Below are positions 1 to 12,599 of a stretch of 64,000 bases of DNA, in pieces; the first letter of the stretch is position 1, and the number at the start of each line of letters is the position of its first letter. The position numbers were made by a program, and so were the translations under genes. The notes beneath the pieces were generated by a model. The model was not told the origin of the DNA. It saw only the letters and a program-made list of their open reading frames with translations, and searched no databases. Source of the DNA: Octopus bimaculoides (Eukaryota); assembly GCF_001194135.2 (NCBI RefSeq), contig NC_068991.1, positions 40,399,423 through 40,463,422 on the forward strand, in the 5' to 3' direction.

Positions 1-217
1 AAATGGCAATTACCAGGTGATTTTCTGTTTGAGTCTAACCGTTTTAAGTCATAGTGGAAACATGACCTATGTCGCAAGTAGGCATACAAGTATTGTATAA
101 CTTTTATAAATGAAAAATTTACTATATTTTGTACATATGAGTATATAAGCCTGCAGGCGAAATAAAATGGGCTTGTGAGTACAATTGCACCTGTGGGTGG
201 GGTTTCCGCACCCCTGA

Positions 218-347
218 TGTACATCTGTCACTCAATTATGATAGTTTTTGCTCTGATAAGCAATGTTTACTTTTTGCTCAATAATATTAGCTTTGCTATT
301 TTGTAACACTGTATACTTGTACTCAAATATAGTTTTGTTACTATAAA
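218..347. repeat. Degenerate ~45-50-bp minisatellite, left part (interrupted by the RTE LINE)
   Basis: Units resemble ctgtcactcaattatgatagtttttgct... and gtatacttgtactcaaatatagttttgttactataa, the same unit as at 2171-2432. Confidence 0.6.
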
Positions 348-2170
348 CATGGTGATCACTTAACATCTATGTTCCATGCTGGCATGGGTTGGCTGGTTTG
401 ACAGGATCTGACAGGTCCATTGTCTTCTTTGGCATGGCTTCTGCAGCAGGATGTACTTCCTAATGCCAACCAACTTACAATGTGTACTGGATTGTTCATT
501 TTTATACTACCAGCTCTAGTAAGGTTCATGCAAGACTACAAATCCCAAGAGAGTGATTTAAGTTAGGAGATGAGGGGGTTAAACTATGAGAGAAATGTGC
601 CAGAGTAAAACAGGTTTCTTATCATGGAGGGGTCACATGGGTGCTCACAACTTAAAAGAGAGGGTAGGTGTGAGCAGGGTGGATCAAGGGAGAGATAAAA
701 TAGTGGTGATGAGGCATTAGTGTACACTCTCAAGTTTCAAGGTGATTGTAAGTAAATTGGAGAAGAAGAACCAAGAGTGAGTTGGGATGAGGTTGCTACA
801 AGTAGAGTGGATGATAAGTATGGAAGGAAGGGAAGAGTAGGTGGCAACTGTAGAGATTGGATAGGTGTGGGGTGGGTGTAGTGAATGATGGATCAGAATG
901 AGGCTGACAAAATTTTGCATGGGGTGAAGAGTAGCAGAATAGTAATGATGATGCGATAGACAAGGAAAGGATGGGAGAGAGAGAGAGAGAGAGAGAGAGT
1001 TAGCAAGCATATGAGAAGGTGGCAAGAGTGTAGGGATAGAGAAAGGCAGGCATAGTGCATGGAGAGAGTGAGAGACATATGGATATCAAGTGAAATGATT
1101 CCAGGTAGTGAGAAAGATTAGTGGTATCAAAGAAAAGCTGCAGTTAGAGAGATGATGGGTAGTGGAAGTGTCTTGGTGAGGAAATTTGTGCAAAGGGTTC
1201 AGTTGTGAATGTATCTGTATACACACATGCACAGCACTTCCAGAACTTAGAATTGCTGAGTTGGATGAGTTCTTCTCAAAAACTGCATATCATTGGTCAT
1301 CCCACTCTCTTATCATCTTCTCCATGATATTCAAGGTCCTGATATCAGTTTTCACCACTTCCCTGCATGTCTTCCTGTGTCTTCCTCTTCTGCAAGTTCC
1401 CTCCAAGAGATTGGCACTTTTTACACCTGTTCTCATCCATATACATTACAAGTCCATATCAGTGCAATTTTCTTTCTTGCACACAACATCTGGTTCTTTT
1501 ATGCCTGGTCTTTCTGAGCACATTTGTAATATCTCTTTCATGTGCATTTACTTTGCACAGTTCAAGTTTTCTATATTCAAAGTCCATATTTCACTACCAT
1601 GTAGCATCACAGTTCTAACACAAGTGTCATACAATCTGCCCTTCACTCTGAAGGAAAGCACTTTTGTTGTTCACCAGCAGCAGTAGAAGCTCCCTGGACG
1701 TTTTCCAACCTGTTCTTACCCTGACTACTATACTTTCGGAGCAACCACCTCCCCTGCCAATTACATGCCCTAGGTAACAAAAGCTTTTGGCTACTTTTTG
1801 TGAGCTATCTGAGCATTTAAGAGTATCTACTTACAATGTGCTCATAGTATGTACTGATCCAGTTCATTCGTCACATATGCATACTTTCTCGGTTGGTCTG
1901 CCTGTGATTCCACTATACTCTTGTGTGTCCATAGCTTACATTAAGTACAGCATATGAGTTTATACCTGATCCTTCCCTCCAGATCAAGCAAAGCCATTTC
2001 CCTGAAGATAGCAGGGTCCTGTCTTCTCTCCATACTTCAGTCTTTACTAAGTTTTCTTTGAAGTTTCTCAATTTTAGGTTTAGCTTTGATGCCTGGAATT
2101 TCCTCTCCAAATTCCCCTTTACATTCAGGCATGAGAATTATGTCATTAACAAATAGTTCCTATGGAGAGC
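348..2170 (-). mobile_element. 5'-truncated, decayed RTE-clade LINE (RT C-terminus, long 3' UTR and tail)
   Basis: The minus strand reads P*ELFVNDIILM (degenerate PWELLYADD) near 2150. It continues with ERKFQ..NL.KT.V..SGKW.C.I (ORF 1913-2110), then SFCYLG..GRGGGCSESIV.RVRTGWK..KGRLYDTCVRTVMLHGSEIW. A purine-rich UTR (on +) follows, with the ...ccatgccagcatggaacatagatgttaa tail near 350-390. Confidence 0.85.
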
Positions 2171-2432
2171 AATGATGTTACTGTTGCTACTATATATCTG
2201 TCACTCAGTTTTGCTACTATAACAATGTACATTTGTTGCTTATTGATAATGGTTTTGCTCAATAATGATAGTTTTCCTGCTACAAACAGTGTATACCTGT
2301 CACTTTTAACACTAGTTTATCAACTATAACAATATTCAATTGTCACTCAATGATGGTATTTTTGTTACTATATAACAGTGTACTCCTGTCACTCAATGAT
2401 TATAGTTTTGCTACTCTATAACAATGTTCTCA
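2171..2432. repeat. Degenerate ~45-50-bp minisatellite, right part
   Basis: Repeated tgtactcctgtcactcaatgat(t)atagttttgctactataacaa-like units, about 5 copies. Confidence 0.65.
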
Positions 2433-3804
2433 CAAGGTAGTATATAACAAATGTCGTTTAAATCAAACCAGAGCTTAGCTGACATTGCTAGACTAATTTC
2501 TGTATTGTTATTTGGCAGCAGCATCTTTCAATAAATAATAATGTTGTGCACACATAGTGTATAATAGAAGATATAAGATAAATTCAGACTTGTTGTTTGT
2601 GCTCGATATACCAAATATACAAATTAGTTAAAGTATCTATCTCACTTGGGTTCTGGTGTGTGATTGATTTAAATAGAGATTGTCTTAAGTTCACCTTGTG
2701 AGCAGAAGAATGAAGGGTATTTATCATCTGGCAAGGGGGTCAACCACCTATGAAGCATGTATGATGATTTCTTTTATTCTTCTCTATGAAGAAAATAAAA
2801 GATGTGTTTACATCTGTTTACTTTACACAGATGGTGTGTTAAAAACTGTCGTTTAACTACATTAAATTTATCTTAGATTTTCTAATACATGCTTTGTTGT
2901 GTATAAAATATTTCATTATTTAATATAATCATAATATTAAAATGGTGGAAAGTATATCTAAAGGCAAACTCATAATAAAATGAAGTTGAGTGATCTTGAA
3001 GATAATGTTGAAATTTATATGTTATTGAGCTACAGTTGGCACTCTACTTTAAGATTTATTGTGAAAGATTTAAAACATTAACTTTCATCTTGTGTGGGTG
3101 TAAGGAACAAAAAGAAAAGACATGGACTTTATAAGTCACATGGAGGCAACCCCTCTAATAGAGCAGTAATTCTGAATACAAAACAAACTGATGAAGAATA
3201 GAATGGACACTGACACATTATTCCTATCGCAGCAATCTCTCTAGTACTAGTGATATAAGGTGCACCCAGCTTTAAATCCATGCCAAAAAGTAACATGACC
3301 TGCATGACAATAGAATTAAAAAAGAAACAAAAGCAGCATGGCAGAGATGTTGTAAAGCCTATCTAACTCATACCAACATGACATGATAAAATAGATGTAA
3401 AATGGTGATATTGTTGGTAATGGTATCAGATTTGCATGGCAATGGTTGTATGGTTTGCAATATAACATGATTTTACTATAGGGAATACATCCCAGTTCAG
3501 GCTATACCTATGGTAAGATTCAGGCATAACATAGGTTATACAAATGCTCCCACAATTTTTCTCCACATTACCTACTTGGACATTGTAAAACATGATGATG
3601 GAGGTGAACATCAGCACATCAACTCTTCAAAAATATCACTTTATTCTCTTTCATTTTATGTGTGGTGAAGAGAGAGACTTTGTGAAGTTTTGATATTAAG
3701 TACAATACTCTTTTTATTGAAATTATCTTTTGATTAGATAATAAAATAGCTTTAATGAATATTTATCACTTCAATGAATATATTATCATTATTATCATCA
3801 TCAA

Positions 3805-4006
3805 GGCAGCAAGCTGGAAAACTTGTCAGCATGCCAGAAAAAAATGCTTACCGGCATTTCATCCATCTTTACATGCTGAGTTCAAATTCCACTGAGGTCA
3901 ACTTTGCCTTCTGCCCTTTTGGGGTTGATGAAATAAGTACTAGTTGGTGTAAATGGCTATTATTCCCTCCAAAATCCTGACCTTGTGCCAGAAAAAATTA
4001 GAAAGA

Positions 4007-4053
<47 letters not shown>

Positions 4054-4271
4054 CATTATTATTATTATTATTATTATTGTGGCAGCAAGCTGGCAGGATC
4101 ATTAGCAACATTTCATCCATCTTTACATTCTGTGTTCAAATTCTGCCAAGATCAACTTAGCCTTTGATTCTTTCAGGGTTCAATGAAATAAGTATCAGTT
4201 GAACTCCGTGGTCGATGTAATCAACTAACCTCTCCCCCAAAATTCCGGGCCTTGTGTTTGTAACAGAAAAG

Positions 4272-4315
<44 letters not shown>

Positions 4316-4680
4316 CATCATCAAGGTGGCGAGCTGGCTGAATCATTGGCATACTGGGTAAAATGCTTAGCTGTATTTCATCTGCTGCTATGTTCTGAGT
4401 TCAAATTCCGCCAAGGTCAACTTTGCCTTTCATCCTTTCAGGGTTGGTAAAATAAGTACCAGTTGAACACTGGGGTCAATGTAATTGACTTATCCCTCTC
4501 CCAAAATGCTGCCCTTGCGGCAAAATTTGAAACCATTATTATTATTATTATTATTATTATTAACAATGACCTTTGTTTTTCATCCTTTTGAAGTAAATAA
4601 ATACCAGTATTGGGATTAATGTAGTCGACTTGGCCCTACTCTCAAATTTGCTGGCCTTTTGCCAAAATTTGAAATAATCC
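3805..4680 (+). mobile_element. Head-to-tail array of 4 tRNA-derived SINEs (family 2) separated by (TAT)n/(CAT)n tails
   Basis: Copies at about 3805-4006, 4081-4271, 4325-4534 and a 5'-truncated copy at 4569-4678. The three full copies have an A-box-like gctggcagaatc, a B-box gttcaaattc, then ggtcaactttgcctttcatcctttc.gggt.gataaaataagtaccag. Spacers are microsatellites. Confidence 0.88.
4007..4078. repeat. (TAT)n microsatellite
   Basis: Near-pure ttattattat run with one cat interruption. Confidence 0.98.
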
Positions 4681-4861
4681 TCAGCATCATCATCATCATC
4701 ATATAAAATATTTGAAAGTGGAAAATTATTAATAATTGATAATTGTGGCATTTTCAGAGTATATAGCACAATATGTACTTCTGAAATACATATCTGGAAT
4801 ACATATCTTGTGTTCTTATAGAATCTCTCCCAGGGTTTTGTATTAATATTATGTACCTTTA

Positions 4862-5290
4862 TATTTCTCATGCAGACATCTCTAGTGCTTTGTACAGTCA
4901 ATCAATCTCCTTCCAGATTCTAGCTTTCTTTAGAAGATATCCTTTGGGATATGGCCATCCTCCATGCAGTGAATGTGACCCAACCAGTGCAGTCTCAGCT
5001 ACCTAAGCTGAGTGCACATGCTGTGAAGTCCAGTAAGATACCAAACTGCTGTATTGGTCACTATCTTACAAGGATAAATTTAGGATATGATGGATACTTC
5101 TCATGTGTAAGGTGTTCAGTCTTCTCTCCTGTCTGGTATATGTAACCCATACTTCACACTGCTTTACAGTACTGTACTTATGACAAGGTGTTGCCACCAT
5201 ATTTGTGTTTGCTGTCAGCTTTAGATTCATCCACACTTGTGATGAGAAAGAGTTAAAGCTGCCTATCCAATCCTTTGGTCGGTCTTCATA
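4862..5290 (-). mobile_element. Decayed RTE (BovB-like) LINE 3' ORF fragment
   Basis: The minus strand reads LHWLGHIHCMEDGHIPKDIF, matching the RTE C-terminal motif LRWLGHV.RM.DGRIPKD.LY. Confidence 0.65.
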
Positions 5291-6870
5291 TCCAAAGAGA
5301 GGTTATCTGTGATAGAGCTAAGTAGTTAAGCTGGTGGATGACATCAAATGAAATAGTTTTAAATAATTCTAACTTGGAAAAAAATTAAAAGATCATGGTA
5401 ATAGGAATAATATGAAAAGATTCTAGTAGCTATGCTAGCAAAAGTTAGTGAAAATTAAGGTTAGCTTATTCTGTAACTGTTCAGAGATTGAGCCTACTAA
5501 TTCACCTACACTAAAAACTAAACTATTGTTATAAGATGGTAATTATTTGGAAATCTGTATAAAAAAGAGAAAAAAAAACTACCTCAGTTGTGAAAGGGAG
5601 CTATATGTATTCTTAGGAAAACAAGCCTTTCTTCTTTCTAAATCAGCATTTGTGGGTTTATAAAGTGGACCACTGGTCTTATAAAATGTTAATGCTTAGA
5701 AGTTGAAGTGTAACACTGCAGACACACATATCCTACAGTCATATGACATCATTCATAGCCCAGTCTGGTGTTTTCACACACATTGTCTATAATGAGAATT
5801 TCTCTCCTGAGACAGTTTCTACAGCAAAAGTCTTCCCATATTTGAATTTACACTTACGCATTAAATATAACTACATGGCTGTATTATAAATCTTGATAAT
5901 GTGCATGTAAAGGATGTTATTTATTCAGCAACACAACTTTAACTACATACATTGATCCATTATCATGTAGGATATTGCAAAAACTAATGTATCTGTAGAA
6001 TATATTGGCTTGAAGAATTTAGATAAAGCACCAACAGTCCTAGAAGAATAGGCTATATAAAGCTAGGCAACTGCTCTCACCCTGCCAATTATTGCCCTCA
6101 TTTACAATATCTCTCATAAACAGTGACATCTTCTCTAATCTCTCTCTCTCTCTCAGTTTCTCAAGAACCAGACTTGATAAAAGTTTGCAGCGCTTCATCA
6201 CATTACTTGTGATATTTTTCCCCTGGACATAACATTCATTAGTGTCTAACATGAGGACCTCCTAGCTAATATGGACTGCAGTTGTTTCCCACCTCTTGGA
6301 GGCCACCATTTCCTATCAGACTGTTGCATTGCATTATATTCTGTTGGGACTCACCCAGCCCAGTGCTATCAATTCTTGTGTAACCCAAGCTTTGATTAAA
6401 AGAAGTGGGTATTTGCAACAGTGTTTTCTTTTCTGAAATAATGCATTTTGTGTCTTCAAAAAGTCCTAGTTGCCAATGTACCAGTTTATTGTCTTTAATC
6501 TTTGATGAATGTTTGTGTTGAAAATAAAAGTATTTTATAGTTGACACTTTGACTAATGGCTAAGGCTTCTCCATCCAGAGAATATTTTATTTTGTTCATG
6601 AGTAGTTAATAGCATTGAAAAATAAGCCATAAGATAATTAAATTGCAGCACTACACCAAATATGGCCATCTCAGAGACATCAGTTAGAAATACAAATATT
6701 TCAGATTCATCAACCTTTCTAAGTGTGGCCTTAAAAACACAAGATTTAAAATTATTCCACTTGCATTTTTGTGATTCTACTCTCTGAATAATATGTAATC
6801 TAGCATAGTGGAATAGTATGAGAATATTCCTAGTAACCCCAGAAGTAGTAGTTGCTGTTGTTGTTATTAT

Positions 6871-7030
6871 GGTAGCAAGCTGATAGAATCATTAGCATGT
6901 TGGATGAAATGCCTAGCAGCATTTCTTTTGGCTCTTTACATTCTGAGCAGAAATTCTGTCACGGATGACTTTATCTTTCATCCTTTTGGAGGTCAATGTA
7001 ATCAACTATCCCCCTCACTCCAAAAATCAT
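6871..7030 (+). mobile_element. tRNA-derived SINE, family 2 (internally deleted)
   Basis: ggtagcaagctgatagaatcattagc...ttctgag...tttcatccttttgg aligns by eye to the 3805-4680 copies. Confidence 0.75.
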
Positions 7031-7679
7031 CATTATTGTTATTATTAGTTGCAGGACAATAGTTACTTATTTCTTTCAAACTTTGTGGATTTGGCTTTAA
7101 AATACCAGAAGAAATTTCCTCTCAGAAAATACAGTTTGCATTTGTGTGTGTGGTGGTGGTGGTGGCAGAATGTATGTCTGTGCGTGTGCATGCATGTTTA
7201 CATATCTATGTTTGTATGTACATATTTATACATGCTTCATTCTTTTGCCTTATAACAACAGTCTGACCACACTAAACTATAACTATTTACAAACCATTTG
7301 AATAAAGATTATATCTAATCTTATAACTAACTCCACCAAAGAAGAAAAATTACCTAAGACCCAAATAATGCTAATGAAGTACACAAAAACAAAAACAACC
7401 TGACATTAACACCAAAGACACAATGACTGAACAAAATTCAATTGAACACATCTGGGGTATTTACTTATCGGCTGTCTGATAGATTGTTAATATGATTATG
7501 TGTGTGTATACATGTGTACACAAATTTTTCACACCATTATCCCCATCTAGGGTAAAGTCTTTGACAGCCTGACTAAACTTACCTAAATTTTGGTTATGCT
7601 ACTTGCTTTGGTTTATGTGCTCCAAGTAGAATATCATCAGTATAAGCAAATATTGCATTTAAATTATTATATCTCTAAT

Positions 7680-8102
7680 TATGGAAGGAACCTGTAGAAC
7701 GGGTAGACCCAGGAAGATGTGGGATGAAATGGTATGAAAGGATCTTCAGATATTGGGCCTCAAAGAGAAGATGGTAAAGGACTGAGATTTCTGGCAGTTT
7801 TCTGTGCTTGAAATGACACATCAAACTAAGTAAAACTGTAGCCATCCATGCATGCAGGTATGTCCTTTATGGCCATGGCCCCTACTCCCTCTCTTGGCTG
7901 GGAGGTCCTTGTCTTGTGGGCTCGCAGATGTTGGTGCCACATAAAAGCACCCTGTACACTTTGTGAAGTGGTTGGCATTAGGAAGAGCCAAAACCATGTC
8001 AAAATAGACAATTAGAGCTTGGACAGCTCTCCGGCTGACCAGCTCCTGTTGAACTGTCCAACCCATGCCAGTATGAAAAACGGACATTAAATGATGATGT
8101 CA
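7680..8102 (+). mobile_element. 3' end of an RTE LINE (last codons, 3' UTR, (GAT)n tail)
   Basis: Reads EGTCRTGRPRKMWDEMV.KDLQILGL, then gtggttggcattaggaag...acccatgccagtatgaaaaacggacattaaatgatgatg, the same tail as the 348-2170 element. Confidence 0.78.
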
Positions 8103-8867
8103 TCCATTGTTATTTAAAGAGCAGCTACAGCACTCTTCAATATAAAAGGCATTTTACAAAACTGATGTAATTTTCTATTACATTCAAATAGCTTATAGAG
8201 TGATGAGTATACAGTCAGAAATATAGTAAGATTGTCTGCTAAGATATGTACGTGTATGTATGAATGAATGAATGAATGGAGAGAAAGGTGTGTAGGAAGA
8301 GATGTTAATTACAAAAGTTGAAATTAAAAGTAAGAAATATGAATCTGAAGGAATCATTTAACAGTTTTTGAATAATACAACTATTCTTAGTTTATTGGGT
8401 TTTATTTTCTTTCAAAAGAAAAATAAGGGTAATAATAGTTTTCTCTCTTTACCAAAGTCCTTTAAGATTTGTGAATGGTCTATAAGCACAGTAGTTAGGC
8501 CACGAATTGAAAGTATAGATGAAGTGCCATTATTTTTAATCACTATACTTTCATGCAGAGACAAAACTTTGTCATGCATTATTGAATATTTGATATTATA
8601 AATATTGTTAAGAGTAACATCACAAATGCTAGCATTTCTTTGTGTGTGTGTTGAAACTATAGTGATTTATGAAATAAATTTGATAGGCAATTTCATATAA
8701 AAGGCAAAAGACGTATGAATAGAAATTCTGTGTATTCCCTGCATCAATTAAAGCATCAACATGTTTATAATTTATTGTTGTTATAAACAACTGACTTTTG
8801 AGTAGAATTTTGAAATTGCAGCCAATGTTGGAAAAATGACACTTCAGGATATTTTTTTATCCTACTG

Positions 8868-9062
8868 TAGGTACAGGGCCTGAAATTTGGTGGGAGGGGG
8901 CAAGTCAATTACATCAACTCCAATGCTCAACTGGTACTTATTTTATCAACCCTGCAAAGATGAAATGCAAAGTCAACCTTGCTGGAATTTGAAGTCAGAA
9001 TGTAACGCCAGAAGAAATGCTGATGAGCATTTTGTTTAACGTGCTAATGATTCTGCCAGCTT
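8868..9062 (-). mobile_element. tRNA-derived SINE, family 2
   Basis: Reverse complement of the family-2 consensus: gggcctgaaattt...tggtacttattttatcaaccc...aaagtcaacctt...gaatttgaa...gctaatgattctgccagct. Confidence 0.8.
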
Positions 9063-9092
9063 TCCAACAAATATTATTATAAGAAAATGAGT

Positions 9093-9255
9093 TGTGGATT
9101 AGTAGAATCTTTAGAATATTAGATGGGCTGCTTTGCAGTATTTTTTCCAGCTTTGTACATTTCAGAGTTCAAATCCTGTTGGGGCCAACTTTGTTTTTCA
9201 TCATTCTGGGGTCAAGTACAGTAGTTTTTTAATCAAGTTCTGCCTATATTAGAAA
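9093..9255 (+). mobile_element. Degenerate SINE, family 2
   Basis: gagttcaaatcctgttggggccaactttgtttttcatcattctggggtc follows a degenerate head. Confidence 0.55.
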
Positions 9256-9317
9256 CTACTATTAAATCAGTAAAGAAATGCATGATTGAAATAAAGAAAG
9301 GATTATTATTACTATTA

Positions 9318-10107
9318 CTAGCTGGTTCCGTGCCATCAAAAATGACAGCTAATTATAGTATTTTATATATAAAAAAGGTACAAAACCAAGTTTTTAGTTT
9401 AATAATTCTTTTATTACCAAATTTTTTGGGAAAAATCTATCTGCAGCTAACATGCCTTGACTGCTTGTTTCCTTCAAAAGAATTTTAAAGTTTTTCTTCC
9501 TTCTTGTACGACTTAAGGCTACATAAAACTGGCCCTGAGTAAATACAGGAGCTGGCAAGTAAATACCAACTTTTTCAAAGCTCTGTCCTTGCGATTTGTA
9601 TATGGTCATGGCAAAAGCTGGTATCACAGGGAACTGCTGCCTGCTCCATATTAAAGGGTAGATCTGTTTCACTCTGACGTAGGTCAACTCATGGTATTAT
9701 GAAAGCTTCATTTCCCTTCATATGTCTTTAACTCTATTTTCTATGTATCTTTCTAAATAAACATACACAAACACTCACTCAAATATTATATATAAATATA
9801 TTTTACAGAAACACACATATACGCACACAAACATTCACATACACACACATAGTCACACGGAGTTGAAGCGCTGTCTGATTTTTTTGCACCATAGGATTTT
9901 CACCATCCCACTTCCATCGGTGGATATATGAATATATTTTGCACAAACACACACATACACATATTCAAATAATCATAACAACCAATATGTGTAGCCAATT
10001 TGCCATGCATATACACACACAGGCATTGTTCAGTTTGTCATCACCCTTTCCTTCGTCAGTCATCTCTTGTGATGAACAAAAACACAAGAGAATTATATAT
10101 TAGTAGA
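9318..10107 (-). mobile_element. Non-autonomous Helitron (790 bp) with both termini and the C-terminal PIF1-like helicase fragment
   Basis: The 5' end is A|TCTACTAATATATAA at 10107. The 3' end has the hairpin GCTGTCA-TTTT-TGATGGC followed by ...CCAGCTAG|T at 9318. ORF 9394-9687 reads [45 protein letters not shown], the RepHel helicase motifs V/VI. Confidence 0.9.
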
Positions 10108-10761
10108 TTATTATTATTTTTATTATTATTATATCAGCATAGTTTGAATAGTGACCTTTTAATGAAAAAAAATTCTTTGCCAAGGCAATCTTGTCATTTA
10201 TGAATCTTACTATTGCACAAAAAAAAAAGAAAAGAAAAAAACCTTTATAATCCTTTGTAAAAGCAAGCAGGATGAAGAAAATCATTAGAATTACATTGAT
10301 CTTGTAAAGGCTCTGATAGCGCATTAACAGAATATGTTGTTCATTGTGAAATATATGAGGATTAGTATTCGTCTGTGCTTGTTCTTATACTAGCACTGGC
10401 TAATAATTATTGCATCATATAACTTCAGCTTATTATTTACAAGTAATCGTTGACATACAGCTTTAATTGTGAGTCCATCCCATGTCTTCTTCACAATATT
10501 CAACAATCTTGACTTAAAAATCACAAACCATGAAGAAAGTCTATGATGGTTTGTTTTAATGTAGAGTGACTCCAGTTTATTAATGGCTCTCAGTTGTGAT
10601 GGAATATATTCATAGATGTTTGGAGAAATACAGTTTATTGAGAATTTATCTTCCTTTGTTGTTATTTTGCTTTCAAAAATTTGGGAAGTGTTCTGCCATT
10701 GCAATCCTCTTTGTTTTAGCTTGCAAATCAATGAGAAAAATATCCTTTCTATTGTAGGCAC

Positions 10762-10947
10762 AAAGCCTGGTGGGGCAGAGTTAAATCAATTACATTGACC
10801 TCAGTCACTATATATATATATCGTATATAACACTATATATATATCGACACTAAAAGGAAAAGTCGACCTCAGTGGAATTTGAACTCAGAACAAAGTTGGA
10901 CAAAATGCCACTAAGCATTTTGTCTGACATGCTAATGATTCTGCCAA
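10762..10947 (-). mobile_element. tRNA-derived SINE, family 2, with an internal (TA)n replacement
   Basis: aaagtcgacctcagtggaatttgaactcagaac...gctaatgattctgcc is the reverse complement of the family-2 head. Confidence 0.75.
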
Positions 10948-11573
10948 AGAGAAATATCAATAATAAATAAATCAAATAGGTTAATATTACCTGTAATACA
11001 TCAAACATAGTAATTTTTTTAAATAATGTTCATCAATTTGTGCATGTAGTTAGCTGGATGAGGTTCATGTATGCAAGAGTGAGAAGTTATGCAATTTTTA
11101 ATTGCATTATATTTTAACTCACCTTCATATATACAAGGGTGGGTCTAGAAGTAAAGCAAATAAAAATTATATTACTTTCTGACTCACCCTCATATTTCCT
11201 TACACTTGTTGCTTCACTTTTCTATACTGGCATGGTAAGACTTACATCCTTTCATAATACTATATGCTCTTGTTCTATACTGCTTGTTTTAATGAATGCT
11301 TTCCATTTCTGATTACCAATAATCAAATCAGTTTAGTTGTAACAGTTACATAAAACACTTTCACTAATAACAGAACTAAAACCAATTCATGTGGATCCAT
11401 TGGAATGTAAAAAAAAGAATCAATGAATAAATTGTTGTATAACCAAGAAATACTTCCAGAAGTTTTAATCAGTGATTCAAGACTACTGCCATTCTTGTTA
11501 CGTTTTATTTGGCTGTCAGACCAGTACATGCACGCTAAAACATTTGCATTTTATAACATGAAGACAGTATTAA

Positions 11574-11613
<40 letters not shown>

Positions 11614-12260
11614 ACACACACACATGACAGATTTCATATTTCATAAGTCTTTCTGGTTCACTCACCTCCCCTTCTTTTAATATCCTTACAGTGATCACTC
11701 CTTAGATCCACATTAAGCCCTTTAACTAATGTTTTCCACAGAACTGTTCCCCTTTGTAATCCCCAACCTGCCAAAATGTTTTTTATGATTATTGCAACCC
11801 TGTAGACATTCAGAGTGAACATTTACTGCAAAATAACAGGTAACACTCGAAAAATCATCTTGAACAATAGGCTCAAAATTGATTGAAGAAAATGAATCAA
11901 CTTTTCTATAAAATATTTTAGCAATATTTTTCCTCTTTTGTGCTTGAGAAAAATTAACAAATTACATAAAAGATGGCTTCCTGCAGAAACTTGAATAGCA
12001 ATTATCTATATAAGATGATGACAAAATAGTAATTTTAACTGTCTACTTGAATGTCTTCTTTTTCTTCTTCATTTGTTTGCAAATATATCTGTACTTCATT
12101 TAAAATTTATATTAATTTGAAACTTCTTCATGCAAAGATATACTTCCACAGTCTTGTTTTTCCATGAAAGAAATTGCTGGCAAAATTTTCTGTGCCACAA
12201 TTTACTGTCTTGTGCATTTGTGTAAAATTTTACCTTTATTTTTTTTGTTTATCTCCCTAG

Positions 12261-12455
12261 GTCTATCAGGAAATCCTGTTGATCTCAATCATCGCCGTGA
12301 AGTATTTGGTTCCAATATAATACCTCCAAAGCCACCAAAATCTTTTTTACAACTAGTTTGGGATGCATTACAAGATGTCACACTTATTATTTTGTTAGTA
12401 GCTGCAATTATATCATTAGCATTGTCATTTTATAAAGTACCTAAAGACCCAGATA
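12261..12455 (+). CDS. PMCA: PMCA (P2B Ca2+-ATPase) internal coding exon A: N-terminal cytosolic segment and TM1 (195 nt, phase 1-1)
   Basis: Translates as [65 protein letters not shown], the PMCA signature (F)G.N.IPPK.PK.FL.LVW.ALQD.TLIIL. The acceptor is ttgtttatctccctag|GT at 12260 and the donor is GATA|gtaagt at 12456. Confidence 0.96.
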
Positions 12456-12599
12456 GTAAGTACATTTTGTAATTTTTAAGAGAAATATGCAAATTTATGA
12501 TTAATTTGAATTAGATTTTTATCACCTTTTTTTCTCTTTTTGTCAAGAAAGATAACTTCAATTCTTTAGATGTCATATTTGAAATAAATAAAAATATCA

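Noticed and set aside
150-216. Possible hAT-type terminus (...ggtttccgcacccctg)
   Set aside because: Only one end is visible, and no partner TIR, TSD or transposase lies in the window.
3985-4167. Poly-Tyr ORF (similarly poly-Ile at 15113-15331 and the CV/HT-repeat ORFs near 47.8-48.2 kb)
   Set aside because: These are translations of microsatellites, not genes.
3805-4680. Repeat-spacer periodicity superficially like a CRISPR array
   Set aside because: The repeats are ~200-bp SINEs, the spacers are microsatellites, the context is eukaryotic, and there are no cas genes.
9394-9687. Possible host PIF1 helicase gene
   Set aside because: Only the C-terminal fragment is present, and it is enclosed by Helitron termini.
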